Position numbers and translations under genes: made by a program. Shown in pieces: positions 13,276-25,084 of a DNA stretch of 64,000 bases (position 1 is its first letter; each line of letters begins with the position of its first letter). Source of the stretch: Cetorhinus maximus (lineage: Eukaryota). The notes under the pieces were generated by a model, which searched no databases, was not told the origin of the DNA, and saw only the letters and a list, made by a program, of their open reading frames with translations. The stretch is taken from positions 32,860,001-32,924,000 of the forward strand of contig NC_135902.1 in assembly GCF_964194155.1 (NCBI RefSeq). Direction: 5' to 3'.

Positions 13276-13659
13276 CAAGGTAAAAGAGCAAATGAAATAT
13301 TCTAAATAAGAGAAGATCATTCATATTGAATTTTCAATCACTTGGGTAGGCAGTAATTCTTCTCTCACACTCTTTCCCTATTTGTCAACAAATTTCCAAA
13401 TCCATAGTGAACCTTCAAATATAATTAGACATCTAAGGCAGAAAATAACTCAAAGACACACTACTTACACAGCTTTAAGCTATAAATGATGCAGACCTGG
13501 TTCAGATAATGTGTGCGTTCATGTTGACAGGCTGCTCCCAAAAAGCAGTAATCATTTTAAGATAGGGATAATATTGGCAAAGTTGCAAATTGTTCCCCAC
13601 CAAGGAAAATATACAGTTAGGTAGAAATTCTTACGGTGATAAACAGAGCTCCGATCTGT

Positions 13660-13776
13660 TAGAACCATAGAAAAGTCACAGCGCACAAAGAGGCCATTCA
13701 GCCCATCGTACCTGTGCCGGCTGGGAAAATTAGCTGCCCATTCTAATCCCACCTTCCAATAGAACCATAGAAAATT
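13660..13776 (-). mobile_element. Short CR1-type 3' end fragment
   Basis: gaggccattcagcccatcg CR1 tail motif; TAGAACCATAGAAAA repeated at both ends. Confidence 0.6.
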
Positions 13777-14167
13777 ACTGTCATTAGTGTTATTGTCATT
13801 AAGTTCGGTGAAAATCCAATAATTTGCTTCGAGTTATGAGGAAGTGGGTATTTGCAGAAGGAATGCTCAAGGACAACTGGGTGCCTTTTACAAATGGAAC
13901 TGAAAGGAGGTAATTTCACTCACTGGGTTTGGTTAAAAAAAACAGTTGTTGAGGCATTGGTGACAGAGAACCTAACAGCGCTGCAACTCCATGTGAATGG
14001 TGTCCAGCAACATTATGAAGCCCTGAAAACAATGAAATGACACTAGGGTAAGCCACATTGCACGGAGGGGTGTTTCTCAGAGTCTACCTGAGCTTAGAGT
14101 GTGGAATTGGGGAGGCGGGTGGTGTTAGAAAATGAAAAATACAATAAATATTGATGCACACACTAAC

Positions 14168-14355
14168 CTCAAAGACACATTTGATCTGGCAGCAGAGATT
14201 AGCCCGTTAATCACTAAACAGCAGCCCCCATTCCAGGCAACTTCTGAACACCCACGGATCTTCACACAGCCATTGGCTGGATCCAGCTGCTGGTCTGCAA
14301 ACAAAGGCTGAATTTCCTGTGCACTCAGGTTAAGCCAGCTTCCAATAGCCTCTAC
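14168..14355 (-). CDS. ENGASE: ENGASE exon 10 (VEAIGSWLNLSAQEIQPLF...AWNGGCCLVINGLISAARSNVSL)
   Basis: Hand translation; W.NLSAQEIQP and AW.GG motifs; ctgcag acceptor, GTTAGT donor; 188 nt. Confidence 0.96.
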
Positions 14356-14639
14356 CTGCAGGAAGCAACATCACAGTGTTGTTCATTAACTGGAGCTAGA
14401 TTCAAAAACACTGTAGACAATTGGCAGGAAATGTTAGGCAGGGTTCAGTAAATTGTGTAGATTTTAATTTCTATTGATGGTGCTCAAGAATATAAATATA
14501 ATAAATTACCACCTTCTGCATTTTTAAGCTCAGCCTACGTATTCATTCGCCAAGGGGTTAATCAAAAATATCAACAGTTTAGCATCATAATCATGAATTT
14601 CCAAGAATGTATCCATCACGCGTGCCGAAAAGAGAAAGA

Positions 14640-15062
14640 ACAAAATTGAATTCATTTAGCGCCTTTCACCAGCCCAGGATGCCCCAGTGCACTTTACAGA
14701 CAACTACATGTTGTTGACGTGTAGTCACTGCTGTAATGTAAGGAAAGTGGCAACCAGTATTTTGGGCACAGCAAAGCACCAGCACTTTGATACATGACCA
14801 GATAATCTGTTTTAGTGATACTGGTTGAGATAAATATTGACCAGGACACCAGGGAGAGCTCCACTGCTCTTCTCTGGAAAGATGCCACAAGATTGTTAAA
14901 GAACCACGAGGGCAGAGGAGGCCTCACTTTAATGTCTCATCTGACTCCTGCAGTAAATACTGCACTGGGAATGTCAGCCAGATTACTGTGTTTAAGCCTC
15001 TGGGGTGGGTCTTGAATCCACAACCTTCTACCTGAGAGGCGAGAGTGCTACCACTGAGCTGG
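14640..15062 (-). mobile_element. Near full-length tRNA-derived SINE with L2-type tail (SacSINE1/DeuSINE-like)
   Basis: Minus strand begins agctcagtggtagcactctcgcctct..aggttgtggattcaag (A/B boxes) and ends in the shared L2-like tail. Confidence 0.75.
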
Positions 15063-16110
15063 AGACTGTAGATGCTTAAAAGGTTATTCTCCTAACACGT
15101 TGCTGTCTGAAGGTCAAACCAGGCCATGAACTGAGCAGATTCAGTGCATCAAACATCACAGACTTGAAGACGTGGAGAAGTGGTTATGCTTAAACATCGG
15201 GTCTGAACTTTGCCTTTTACAGCTTTTAAATTACCCACAGAAACTGTATCGCAGCACTTACGCCACTGCATTTCTGAGAGAGTCTAACAGTGGATGTAGA
15301 TTTAAAAAATGATAGGGAGCAAGGACTGATGACAAGCCTGTAACCTAATCAAAGGGTTCCAATTCTTTGGACTGACCCTTTATTATGTTATCCAAACTCA
15401 AAGATTAGATATGTCTTTTACTTTGTTCCCTATTATCTGTGGCAATATATATGGGAATTCTGGATCGTTACATTGGTAAGTCTTAATGTCCTTGGCTATG
15501 GCTTTGCCTGCAGGTTGTGAAGGTTAGTATTAATATGCTCTATGACTTACTGCTTTTGCATAGTCGATGCAAAACGACAGAGAAAATGAAAATTACAGCA
15601 ACTGTTGGCAAGATCATTTCTGAATGAAGATGTTTCTTTTAAAAACAGAATGTTTTTAATGAAATATTCTAACAGATACCATAGTTACTGTGACACACAT
15701 TCAGATGTTGTTTGCAGTTGATTCACGGTGAATCAGTGTGGCCAACTCCACTTCAGTGTCAACAGTTTCCTTCTTGTGGTAAGTATTCAACCTCTCGGAT
15801 TTGGGAAATGAAGGGTTAAAACGATTACTATGATTTATAAAGTGTGTTATACTTATGAAGGCTGTTTCTCTCGCTATATTTTTCTACTACAACCTTCGGC
15901 CTACACATCTGGCCTGTTTTTCTCTATGGGCAAAATTTTCTGGCTGGCAGACGGGCTGAGCGGGAGCAGACCTGATCGCCGCCCGCGATTGGGTCCACAC
16001 CGCCGTTTTACGCGGGCTGGCCGATTAAGGCCCGCCCAGTGTGAATCGCGGCTCCCGAGGACAGTGGAAGTGGGCGGGCGGCGGCAGGACTGCAATGACC
16101 ACCGGGTCCA

Positions 16111-18028
16111 ATGGCGACCCGAGGGGCCCGTTTTAAAAAGCTGCTGCAGCCTTTCAAAGGCTGTGAATCAGGGCCAGCAAGAAGGGCTCCCCAGAGCACT
16201 GCTGCTGAGCAGGCCAGGCAGGCGGGCACTGTACCCCTCATTTTTCAGACAATTGCCTTGCTGCCCTCCTCGAGGCGGTGGCAGCATGGTGGGAGGTCCT
16301 CGTACCCCAGGACGGGAGGAGGAGGCCCCCCTCCACATGACCAAACGTGCCTGGGAGGAGGTAGCGGAGGTGGTGAGCTCCCGCGACGTGGTGTGACGCA
16401 CGTGGATCCAGTGTCGCAAGCGATTCAACGACCTGTTGCACTGGAGAAGAGCAAGTACCATGTTGGCTCTGGTCACTTAATCCAGCAGGGTCTGCTGTCC
16501 TCTGCACTCCACGTGCTTGCACTTCCTTACTAAGGAAGGTTAGACCATACGGTGCCAAATGTGATGCAGGCAGCATTTGGCCAAGGGGGTGGGGCGGGTA
16601 AGACAGGCCTGGCATCTTTGTGTGAGTGTTCAGCAGCTGCGGGGTGAGGAGGCACTGGGGTCCTGCAATGTCCCACTCTAGTTGGGGTGGGCCGTGCGCG
16701 AAGAGAATCCAGGTACAAGTTGCACTAATCAATGCTCTTCTCTCCTTTTCAGGAGAATGCACATAATGCCACCGAGCGGGTGAGGGCTGGCCCAGGTGGC
16801 AATGCTTAGCCGCTTCGAGCAGGAAGCCCTAGATCTGGAGAGGCGCCATGCGCCCAGGTCCACCAGTGTCGGTGAGGCTGGGGTGCCACGGACAGGTATG
16901 TATGGCCAGCAGTGAGGTCACCATTGTTCTCCCAACAGCCATGACAGTGCTGAATGTTCAGTGATTGAAGTTTGCAACATGACTTGTCCATTGCTCATAA
17001 TGATCTGGGGGACAGGGACGCACATTGACATTGTCACCATGTTAACTGATCAAATGTCCTTGTTCTTCCTTTCAGTATCAGTGAAGCAGGGCTGGGAGGA
17101 GGAGCAGAGGTCCCCTCTCACACCTGAGGGCCCTGAAGTCTCGTACTCACAAGCGTCACACCATCTCTGCCAAGCAGACACCAGCGCAGATACTAGCACC
17201 TCGGTGGGAATTCGAACACTGGCTAGTGTCCCAGGGCACAGCAGTGAGGGTACTTCACAGTCGCTGGAGGAGCTGGCAGAGACAGAGAGTGCCCATGGCG
17301 CCAGCAGTTGGAGGACTGCAGGGGACCAGGCACATGCTCAGTCGGTGCCTGATGATGTGCCTCTGGAGTCATCCACGACACAGCAGCTGCAGGAAATGCG
17401 GCCGGGTGTGCGGGAGCATATGGTGGAGATGCATGAGGCTGTGCTTGGCTCAGTGTCCGTGGTGAAGGAGTCTACGTGGATCATCGCCAATGCAATGAAC
17501 CTCATGGCCGAGCACCTTGCATCCTCCATGGAGAGAGTGGCGACTCTCATGGAGAGGCTTCTCCAGGAGACCAATAAGGGTTTCCTGGGGATGCGCTCAG
17601 ACCAGCAAGCCCTCACGTTGGCATTGACCTCAGCTGGTCAGTGCCAGTGTGGGAGATGGTCTGGGCACCAAGTTTCCCAGCTCGGTGCCCATCCATCCAC
17701 GGTGAGCAGGGAGGCCCGAAGCGACCTCACGTTGGCGCAGCAGCTGCCTGTCGTCTCTGCGGGCTCCTCTCAGGGCAGCAGCTCCTCCGCCCCTCTGCCA
17801 GCGATCATTGCATCCGATGAGGCTGCAACGACTGGGGAGATGCCAGCTGTGGAACTGGCAGCTCCCTCCCAGGCGGGGCCGGCACAGGCTCCACGGGCCA
17901 GAGGACAACCGCCAAGGTCATCGAGGCCAACAGCACAGCACAGTGGGCAGGCTGTCTCAGATGCCACTCCCAGTGAGGGATCAGCACCAAGACGTAGCAC
18001 CCGAAAATGTAAGCATAAGACACCTTAG
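16111..18028 (+). pseudogene. Harbinger Myb/SANT-like DNA-binding protein gene, three exons (about 16111-16450, 16753-16895, 17076-18028), disrupted
   Basis: FSD..L..LLEAV...KRAWEEVAEVV..*RTWIQCRKRFNDL Myb/SANT pattern with frameshifts and TGA at 16394; exon 3 open for about 317 codons; true start uncertain. Confidence 0.82.
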
Positions 18029-18345
18029 GCACACCACAGGTTTATCACTGGTGCTTTTGTGTTGACCCGCAATGAGGTCTTTATGAGTTGGTGTGATTCT
18101 TTGTCATTTTGTTCTCTTAAGTTCCTTTTGTTATACCATTAAATTCAGACATGTCACCATGGCTGAGGGTGCCTCTTTTCTTCTGCAGGCGTATGGTTTC
18201 CAATAATGTAACGAGTGTTTTGTGGGACATTCAGCTTTATTAACAATGCCCTTAGTTAATGTTCCTATCCAGGCAGATTTTGCACTCAGGTATCGAGTAT
18301 GGAGCCTGCAGCCCAGGTTTGTCCTGGAGGTCCATCTGTGGTGAG

Positions 18346-19572
18346 CTAGCTGAAGGTTCGTTGGATTAAAGCCTCCCAGGTGTCCCTGCCTCCCTGGAGT
18401 ATGCCCAGGTCAGTGTCTACCCCCTCAGCATTTCCCTGTGCGTGCTCATCCTCAGACTCACTGCTGGACTCATCGTGTGCAGCCGCAGCCACAGCATCTA
18501 CGTCTTCATCGTCCACAGCTTCCCCCTTTCCAGCGCAAGATTGTGGAGAGCGCAGCAGCAACCACTATCACCGAGACATGATCTGGGGGGTACTGGAGTG
18601 CGCCCCCTGAGCGGTACAGGCACCGGAAGCGCATTTTGAGAAGACCGATGGCTGTCTCCACCACAGCCCTTGTGAAGCCCTGGCTCCAATTGTACCGCTG
18701 CTCAGCTTCTGTTCTTAGATGGCGGAGAGGCGTCATGAGCCACCTTCTGAGGGGATAGCCCTTGTCACCCAGCAGCCATCCATCAAGCCGGGCCGGAGCA
18801 CTGAAGAGCCCCGGCACCTGGGAGTGTCTGAGGATGTAGGCGTCATGGGAGCTGCCGGGGAACCTTGCACAGACTTGTAAAATCTGCATCCTGTGATCAC
18901 ACACTATCTGCACGTTCATGGAGTGGAAGCCCTTCCTGTTGACGCAGGCACCAGGCTCACCTGCTGGCGCCTTGATGGCCACATGTGTACAGTCTATTGC
19001 ACCCTGGACACAGGGGAAGCCAGCAATGGCCGCGAAGCCTCTGGCTCGCTGTGTCTGGCTTGCCTGGTCCCAACAGAAGTGAATGAAAGTCAATGCCCGT
19101 CTGAACACAGCGTCTGTGACCTGCTTGACACAAGTGTGGACAGCTGATTGGGAGACACTGCAAAGATCACACACCGAGCCCTGGAAGGAACCAGATGCAT
19201 AGAAGTTGAGGGCAGCTGTGACCTTTAGAGCCACTGGCATGGGGTGTCCACCCACACAGTTAGGGGAGATCTCAGGCCCAATCATCTAACAGATATAGCT
19301 GACTGTCTCCCTTGATAGTCGGAGCCTCCTTCGGCACTGCACCTCAGACATATTGAGGTAGCTGCTTCGCCACCTGTAAACCCTGGCAGCAGGATAGTGG
19401 ATTCTTTTGCGGCCCCTTCCACCTTGGTCCACCTCTCCACCCTTTGTGCCTGCGCCTCTCCTCCCAAAGGTGGCCCCCCTGGAGGCTGAATGTGCACTCC
19501 TGGCCTCCTCCCCCTTCTAGCCCTCCCTTCCTCCTCAGAGGAGGTGCCTCCAGTAGAGAGTTCAACTCCCAT
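18346..19572 (-). pseudogene. Harbinger DDE transposase (HARBI1-like), disrupted
   Basis: GAIDCTHV, NRKGFHSMNVQ, PGSSHDAYI, LLGDKGYP, RAVVETAIGLLKMRFRCL; in-frame TAG at 19286-19288 and frameshifts near both ends. Confidence 0.93.
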
Positions 19573-20094
19573 TCCCAGGCTGAGGGAAGGCTTCCTGAAA
19601 CCTGCAGGCCCAAAAATGATTCTTCACTGTATAATGCTGACCTGAAGGTTGTGAGTCCAGTCCAAGCAGCTGGAATGAGTTTTTAAGTATTGCAGCTCAC
19701 ACAGGTAAGTATCAGTAACTTTCCAAATTAAGTATTTGACCGTGCACACTCGCGATCCCACAGAGCCCTCTTATCCCGCCAGTGGATGAGGTTAATACAA
19801 ATGTCTCCTACCCGCCTGCCCGTTGCAACCGTGCGACGACCCAAAGATCGCACGGGCACCGAAAAATCGCCATCAGTTGGCGTCTCAAGGGTCTTAAGTG
19901 GCCCATTAATGAATGGCAGGAGCGCATCGGATATCATTGTACACCCGCCCAACAAAATATCACAATGACGCGCGGTGACATTGGGATCTGGCCCGATGTC
20001 ACCGCACATCATTTTATGCATCAGCGCGCGAGTCCCGCCCCTGTATGCCAACAGGAAAATCCTGCCCTATGTGTTTTACTAGAGATGAAGTTAC

Positions 20095-20391
20095 TGTAGT
20101 TGATAAGCTCAAGCTGTTTGCTTTTTTTCCCCCCACGTTTGTACTTTTCCACTAGCTTTCTCTTCCGGGAGAGAGTGACAGGATGTGCTTACCAGGGAAA
20201 GATGAAGGCCATGAACAGATAAAATAAGATCGGGCATATAACCAGCCAAACATGTGCTGTGTATAAATAAACGCTACTGTAACTGTTTTTTTTGAGAGAC
20301 TTTGATTCGCTGATGTTCCCTCCTACACGCTTGTAATAAAATTTCCTACTTTCAGCTTACTTCAGACTCAGTGTTTTTTTTGACCTACAAC
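20095..20391 (+). mobile_element. Possible solo LTR
   Basis: TGTAG...CTACA ends, internal TATAAA and AATAAA; no TSD found. Confidence 0.35.
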
Positions 20392-21049
20392 ACTCAGCAT
20401 AGGCAGCACAATCTTAAAACACTGAGCAACAACGTGTATAAATATAATGCCTTTAATATAAAAAAAGGGGTCCCAGGAGAATGAGATTACCTTGAATGCA
20501 CATGAACATTTTTTTTAAAAAAGCTCAAGCATTGTGCAAATTGCCTCATTTCACTTGGGCTTGCCTCACTTGGACCAGGATATTAATTCAGTTGCAACTA
20601 TTTGCGGCCTGGTCTAATTTGAGGGATGGTGCAGGGAGGGAAGACAAGGAGATGGGGAAGAGATGGTAATTGTTTTACACATGAGGCAATAGGAATATTC
20701 AGGTAGCTACAATGAAGAAGAATCTAATGCTCCAAATGGTCAGAAATTGAGCATGGCTTTATTGCCGAGCATTGAATAGGTATTTATGCTCACAGAGCAT
20801 TTATACCCAGTGGTGTCCAAACCCCACTCTATGTTAAATGGAGTTTGCAGCAGATTGTCTTTAATGCTGATTTGTAAACAGTCATTAAGAAAAGATTCAC
20901 AAGTAAATAAAAGATGTATGTCCAATATATTTGAGTGTAATATTACATGGAGTCACAGAACATTTATTTTACGCATACTTGAATAAACTGGCAAATTTTA
21001 ATTTTGGTGCCGAAATGTAGCATTAGTCCCCAAACAGAACAAGCATCAG

Positions 21050-21700
21050 TGCAGCATCAAAGATTCTATACAAGTGATACAGGAACGACAAGAGCATTTG
21101 TTCTCAAGGGAGCGTTCAGTCCAATACAGGTCAGAAAGGGTGACGGGGAAAGCCTTCCGGTTGCTGCTGTCTCACCCAAGACATATGGAGATGGCCACGA
21201 TTGTCAGAGGCCAATAATTGCACCCCTAGGACATTGCTCCTCAGAGAAACATCCTGAGGCAATCATCTTCAGTTGTTTTATAAAGACATTCCTTCCATGG
21301 TGAGGTCAGGAGTTAAGCTGTTTACTGACGATTTCACTGTGCTCCGCTCCATGTGCTGTTCCTCTAATAATTATGCACTCTGAACTAGCCTACAACAGGT
21401 CCTGAACAAATATAGACCTGGGATAACACTCACACAAATGCCAGGTAATGACCATTTCCATATTTCCAACCTTCAACAGTACAGTTATCAACAAATTTCC
21501 CACCATCAACATACAAGGGCAGGATGGTCATCACTGGTTAGAATATTAGCTGGACCAGCCATATCAATACAGTGGCTACAAGAGCAAGGCAAAGACTTCA
21601 CCCTTTGAAAAGTGGTTCACTTCCTGACCCCTCGGAGCTTCTCTACCAACTACAAGGCTCAAGTCAGGAATGTAACGAGGTACTCATACTACATCTATCC
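21050..21700 (+). mobile_element. Highly decayed LINE RT fragment
   Basis: gctgtttactgacgat (LFTDD) and gtggctacaagagcaagg as in the FADDCT LINE family. Confidence 0.65.
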
Positions 21701-21861
21701 AGGCGAGTCACAACACAGATTAAAGACGACCATTTTAAGTCGTCAAATCTTGCATTGCACTAAAGAAGCTCATTGACAAGAACAGTGTTAATTGTATAAA
21801 TTAAGGTTAAGTGTCAACAGTTGGGGAGGCACTCATTGGATAATGACTTGTGCACATAGTT

Positions 21862-21934
21862 GTTCCAGTAGTGTAGTGGTTATCATATTTGCCATACATT
21901 CAAAAGGTCCCCGGTTCGAAACTGGGCAGAAACA
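21862..21934 (+). pseudogene. tRNA-Val-like pseudogene (73 nt, anticodon position reads TAC)
   Basis: GTTCCAGTAGTGTAGTGGTTATCA...AAGGTCCCCGGTTCGAAACTGGGCAGAAACA is colinear with vertebrate tRNA-Val; A and B boxes intact, anticodon and acceptor stems mismatched, no T-run terminator. Confidence 0.8.
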
Positions 21935-22077
21935 TTACAAAGAAACACTTACTGACTGTGGGTTGTAGAGTTAGGAACTCTATATTTGTAATGCCTCAAT
22001 TTGTGAATAAATCTAAAACTGAATAAAGATTGACTTCTGGTCTCTTCCTTCACCAACGGGCTGTAAGAAATTTTACA

Positions 22078-22095
22078 TGCTATCAGAGGATGGTT
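22078..22095 (+). promoter_or_regulatory. Primer binding site complementary to initiator tRNA-Met
   Basis: TGCTATCAGAGGATGGTT versus TGGTAGCAGAGGATGGTT (16/18), immediately after LTR terminal CA. Confidence 0.8.
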
Positions 22096-24770
22096 GGCTA
22101 AAGGTGAAGGATGGAAACTAAGAAAAAAAATGAAGACATAAGATTACAATCAGAATTAGCTTTTGAGAAGAATGGCTGAAAGCAAGTGTAAATCGTCAGG
22201 GTATGATAAGCCACTGATGTTCTCAGAGTCTGAACCTTATAGCCAACGGAAGAACAAAGCGGCTATGTGGATACGGTTATATCCCTGCCAAAGAGGAAAC
22301 AAGGTATGGCTTTGGCATTGTCACTTAGTAACAAAAGGAAAATCAGAAGCAAAGTATTTTGTGAGCTGGAAGTCCATCAGTTGGATACTAAGGAAGGTTT
22401 GGCTCTTCAGTTAGGTTTCATGGATGAAATTTACCAGGAAGATGAGGCATGGTCAGACTTGGATAGATTTGGAAAGACTGACAGTCATTCCATGGAGGAA
22501 TATATCATGGACTTTATCAGCCCATATAAAAGATTGCAGAAATTCAACTTAAGAGGTTCCGTGCTCAGTGTTCACATTTGAATTACCAAATTGTGCTAAG
22601 CTGTCACATATGGACAGGATCCTGGACTTAACGGCGTTTGGTTCTCTGGAAATGGACCCCATTTGGAGCATGTGTTTGCCGCCTTTGAAAAATTCCTGGG
22701 GAAGCAGTCATTTGCAGGAGCCTTCATGGCACAAATGGGACATTCTACAGTGTCACAAAGGATGGATTGGTTGCCCAATTTGGAGATCGTCCAGATGTTG
22801 GATGCAGGCTCCAGTACAAAGGAAAAGTTACAGACAAAAAGGAAGAAGGATGAAAGCACTTTTAGCAGATCTAGATACCACAGCAGGCGACAGGACTGGA
22901 GCAGCAATAATAGGCGAACAAACCCCAGGAATGCCTGGGGAACAGTTAACAGGTGCTTCAGGTGTGACTCGAAATATTATGCAATGAACTGCACAAAGCA
23001 CAATAGCAGGGTTCTCAAAGTGATGCATGACACAGTGAATTTGGAGGCTGAGGATGATGATAATGATCAGTCTGGAGGAATTGTACTCGTCACATGAAGC
23101 TTTAGTCCAGCGATGAGCATATAGCCATGGATTCATTTAACTGTGCGGTGATGGGTAATGGTTGCACCTCAACAAGAGTGTGGAACAGATTGGTTATAAT
23201 GTTATCTAGATTCATTCAGTAGTGAGGATCAACACAAGGTCAAGGTTGTATGAAAGTGCTCTTTGTTTTAGGTTCAAGGATGAAAACACACTGAGGTCAC
23301 TAAAACAGTGATGCAAAATAGCTGGAGTAAGCCACTTTATTATAACCAATATAGGCTCTAGTGAGGTACTTTTGCTGTTAAGTTAGCCTTGTATGAAAAA
23401 GGCACAAATTAAACTGGATATGGAGCAATATAAAACAATTGGTTTTGGAAAGTCAGCGGATCTGTAGTTGACCGAATCAGGACAATATTACATCAGCTTA
23501 ACAAAGCCTGATGTTTCTATCCAGAATGTTAGGGAAGTATCACCAGGTGATAAGAATTAGAGAGAAACAGAGCAAATTGTCTTAAAGCTGCACAATTTGC
23601 TCACCCCTCTTGTCAAAGATTAAAAATCCTTCTGAAGGATAAAGGAATGGCTGATGAGGAGTATACAAGACTCAGAGATCACGGCAAAATGTGAAGTATG
23701 TAAAAAGTATCGGAGGGTACCACCACGTCCTATTGTAAGTCTTCCATTGCCAGATGACTTTAATGAGGTAGTTGCCATGGATCTAAAGGTATGGGATAAA
23801 GACATGGCAACTATATTTAGTTGTTCTACAGTAATACATGATAAGGACAAAGGGGTATATTGTAGATAAAGTTATGGAGAAATAGATAAGGACTGGACTG
23901 GGAGCACTAGCTAAATTTCTGAGTGACAATGGGGGATGTTTGTTAATGACAAGTTTAGGGGTGTGTGTGAAAACATGAACATTGTGGTCATGAGCACTGC
24001 AGCTGAAAGTCCTTTCAGCTACAGACTCTGACAAGAAGCATGCAGTGATGGATGGAATGCTGCATAAATTTTTAGCAGATCAACCAAACTGCAAGTTGGC
24101 AACTGCACTGGCATGGACAGCTCATGCAAAGAATTTGCTTCAGATGGTTGGAAGGTATAGTCCCTATCATTTGGTCTAGGGGACAAATCCCAAATTACCA
24201 GCTGTGGTGAGCAATAATCCCCCTGCCCTACAGGGGATTACAATTACTTCCATTTTTTCTGCACATTTGATTGCTTTAAATGCAGGGAGATGAAGAACTT
24301 TCATCAAGGCTGAGGTCTCGCAGAAAATTCAGAGATCTCTCAGGCATCACATAAGACCGTCTGAGATAGACTTTAATTCTGGGGATATGGTGTATTACAA
24401 AAGAGAGGGCCATAAGGAATGGAAAGGTCCTGGCAATAGGGCGTGATGATCAGACAGTGGTTATCCAACATGGTAATTAAACTACTAAGGCTCAATCCTC
24501 ATGGTTAACTCACAGAATCTGAGCAGCTGATAAAAGGCGATGAGGCACCCTGTACCTCACATACTCATGTGTTTTGCGATGATAGTCCTGATCCTCAGAA
24601 ACGCGGTAAAATAGATCGGGGGCTGGATGGTGGTCAGCTGGGTGGTCATGACGTACAGTACAGGGCTATCACATTCAAAGGCCAATTGCCTAAAGTGCAA
24701 TACCTGGGGATTGAGGTGTTGAGAATGTGGAGTTAAAGTTGTACCGTTAAGCTATTCATTCAAATCTTAC

Positions 24771-24879
24771 CTTTCCATTCCTGTAAAGATTCTTCCCAAA
24801 GCCTTGGCAGAAAGAGGTGGTAAAGGGCAATGTGCAGATGCTGTGAATGGGCAAATACTCGGTCAACAAGTTCCAGAAC
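24771..24879 (-). CDS. ENGASE: ENGASE exon 9 (FWNLLTEYLPIHSICTLPFTTSFCQGFGKNLYRNGK)
   Basis: Hand translation; LPFxTSFCxGxG motif; tag acceptor after (CT)n tract, GTAAGA donor; 109 nt. Confidence 0.96.
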
Positions 24880-24882
24880 CTA

Positions 24883-24908
24883 GCGAGAGAGAGAGAGAGC
24901 GAGAGAGT
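24883..24908. repeat. (GA)n microsatellite forming the polypyrimidine tract of ENGASE exon 9
   Basis: gcgagagagagagagagcgagagag abutting the acceptor. Confidence 0.85.
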
Positions 24909-25084
24909 GACAACAGATTCCAATGTATAACAACTCAGTCACAAAATGTGATCAATAATGTTCCACCCCCAACAACAACTTGTATTTATATAGCTCCTTT
25001 AATGTAGTAAAACATTCTAAGGCACTTCATAGAGCCCCAAACAAAATTTGACAGAGATATTAAGGCAGGTGAGGTCGGTTTTAA

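Larger units (their letters stand above)
15928..20067. mobile_element. Full-length PIF/Harbinger DNA transposon, 4140 bp, in ENGASE intron 9
   Basis: Imperfect TIRs GGGCAAAATTTTC / GAAAATCCTGCCC, 3-bp TSD TAT both sides, convergent Myb-like and transposase genes, GC-rich versus host. Confidence 0.93.
21786..24705 (+). mobile_element. Copia LTR retrotransposon fragment (GalEa-like): 5' LTR, PBS, gag, protease, integrase; RT absent
   Basis: LTR ends CA at 22077; PBS TGCTATCAGAGGATGGTT; gag with CFRCDSK knuckle; protease remnant about 23140; integrase CEVC, DFNEVVAMDLK, KFLSDNGG directly after protease (Copia order); many stops. Confidence 0.8.

Noticed and set aside
18506-19285. Host HARBI1 gene
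   Set aside because: Lies between TIRs with TSD and a Myb partner and has a stop and frameshifts; it is a transposon copy
21862-21934. Functional tRNA-Val gene
   Set aside because: Anticodon and acceptor stems mispaired, no Pol III terminator
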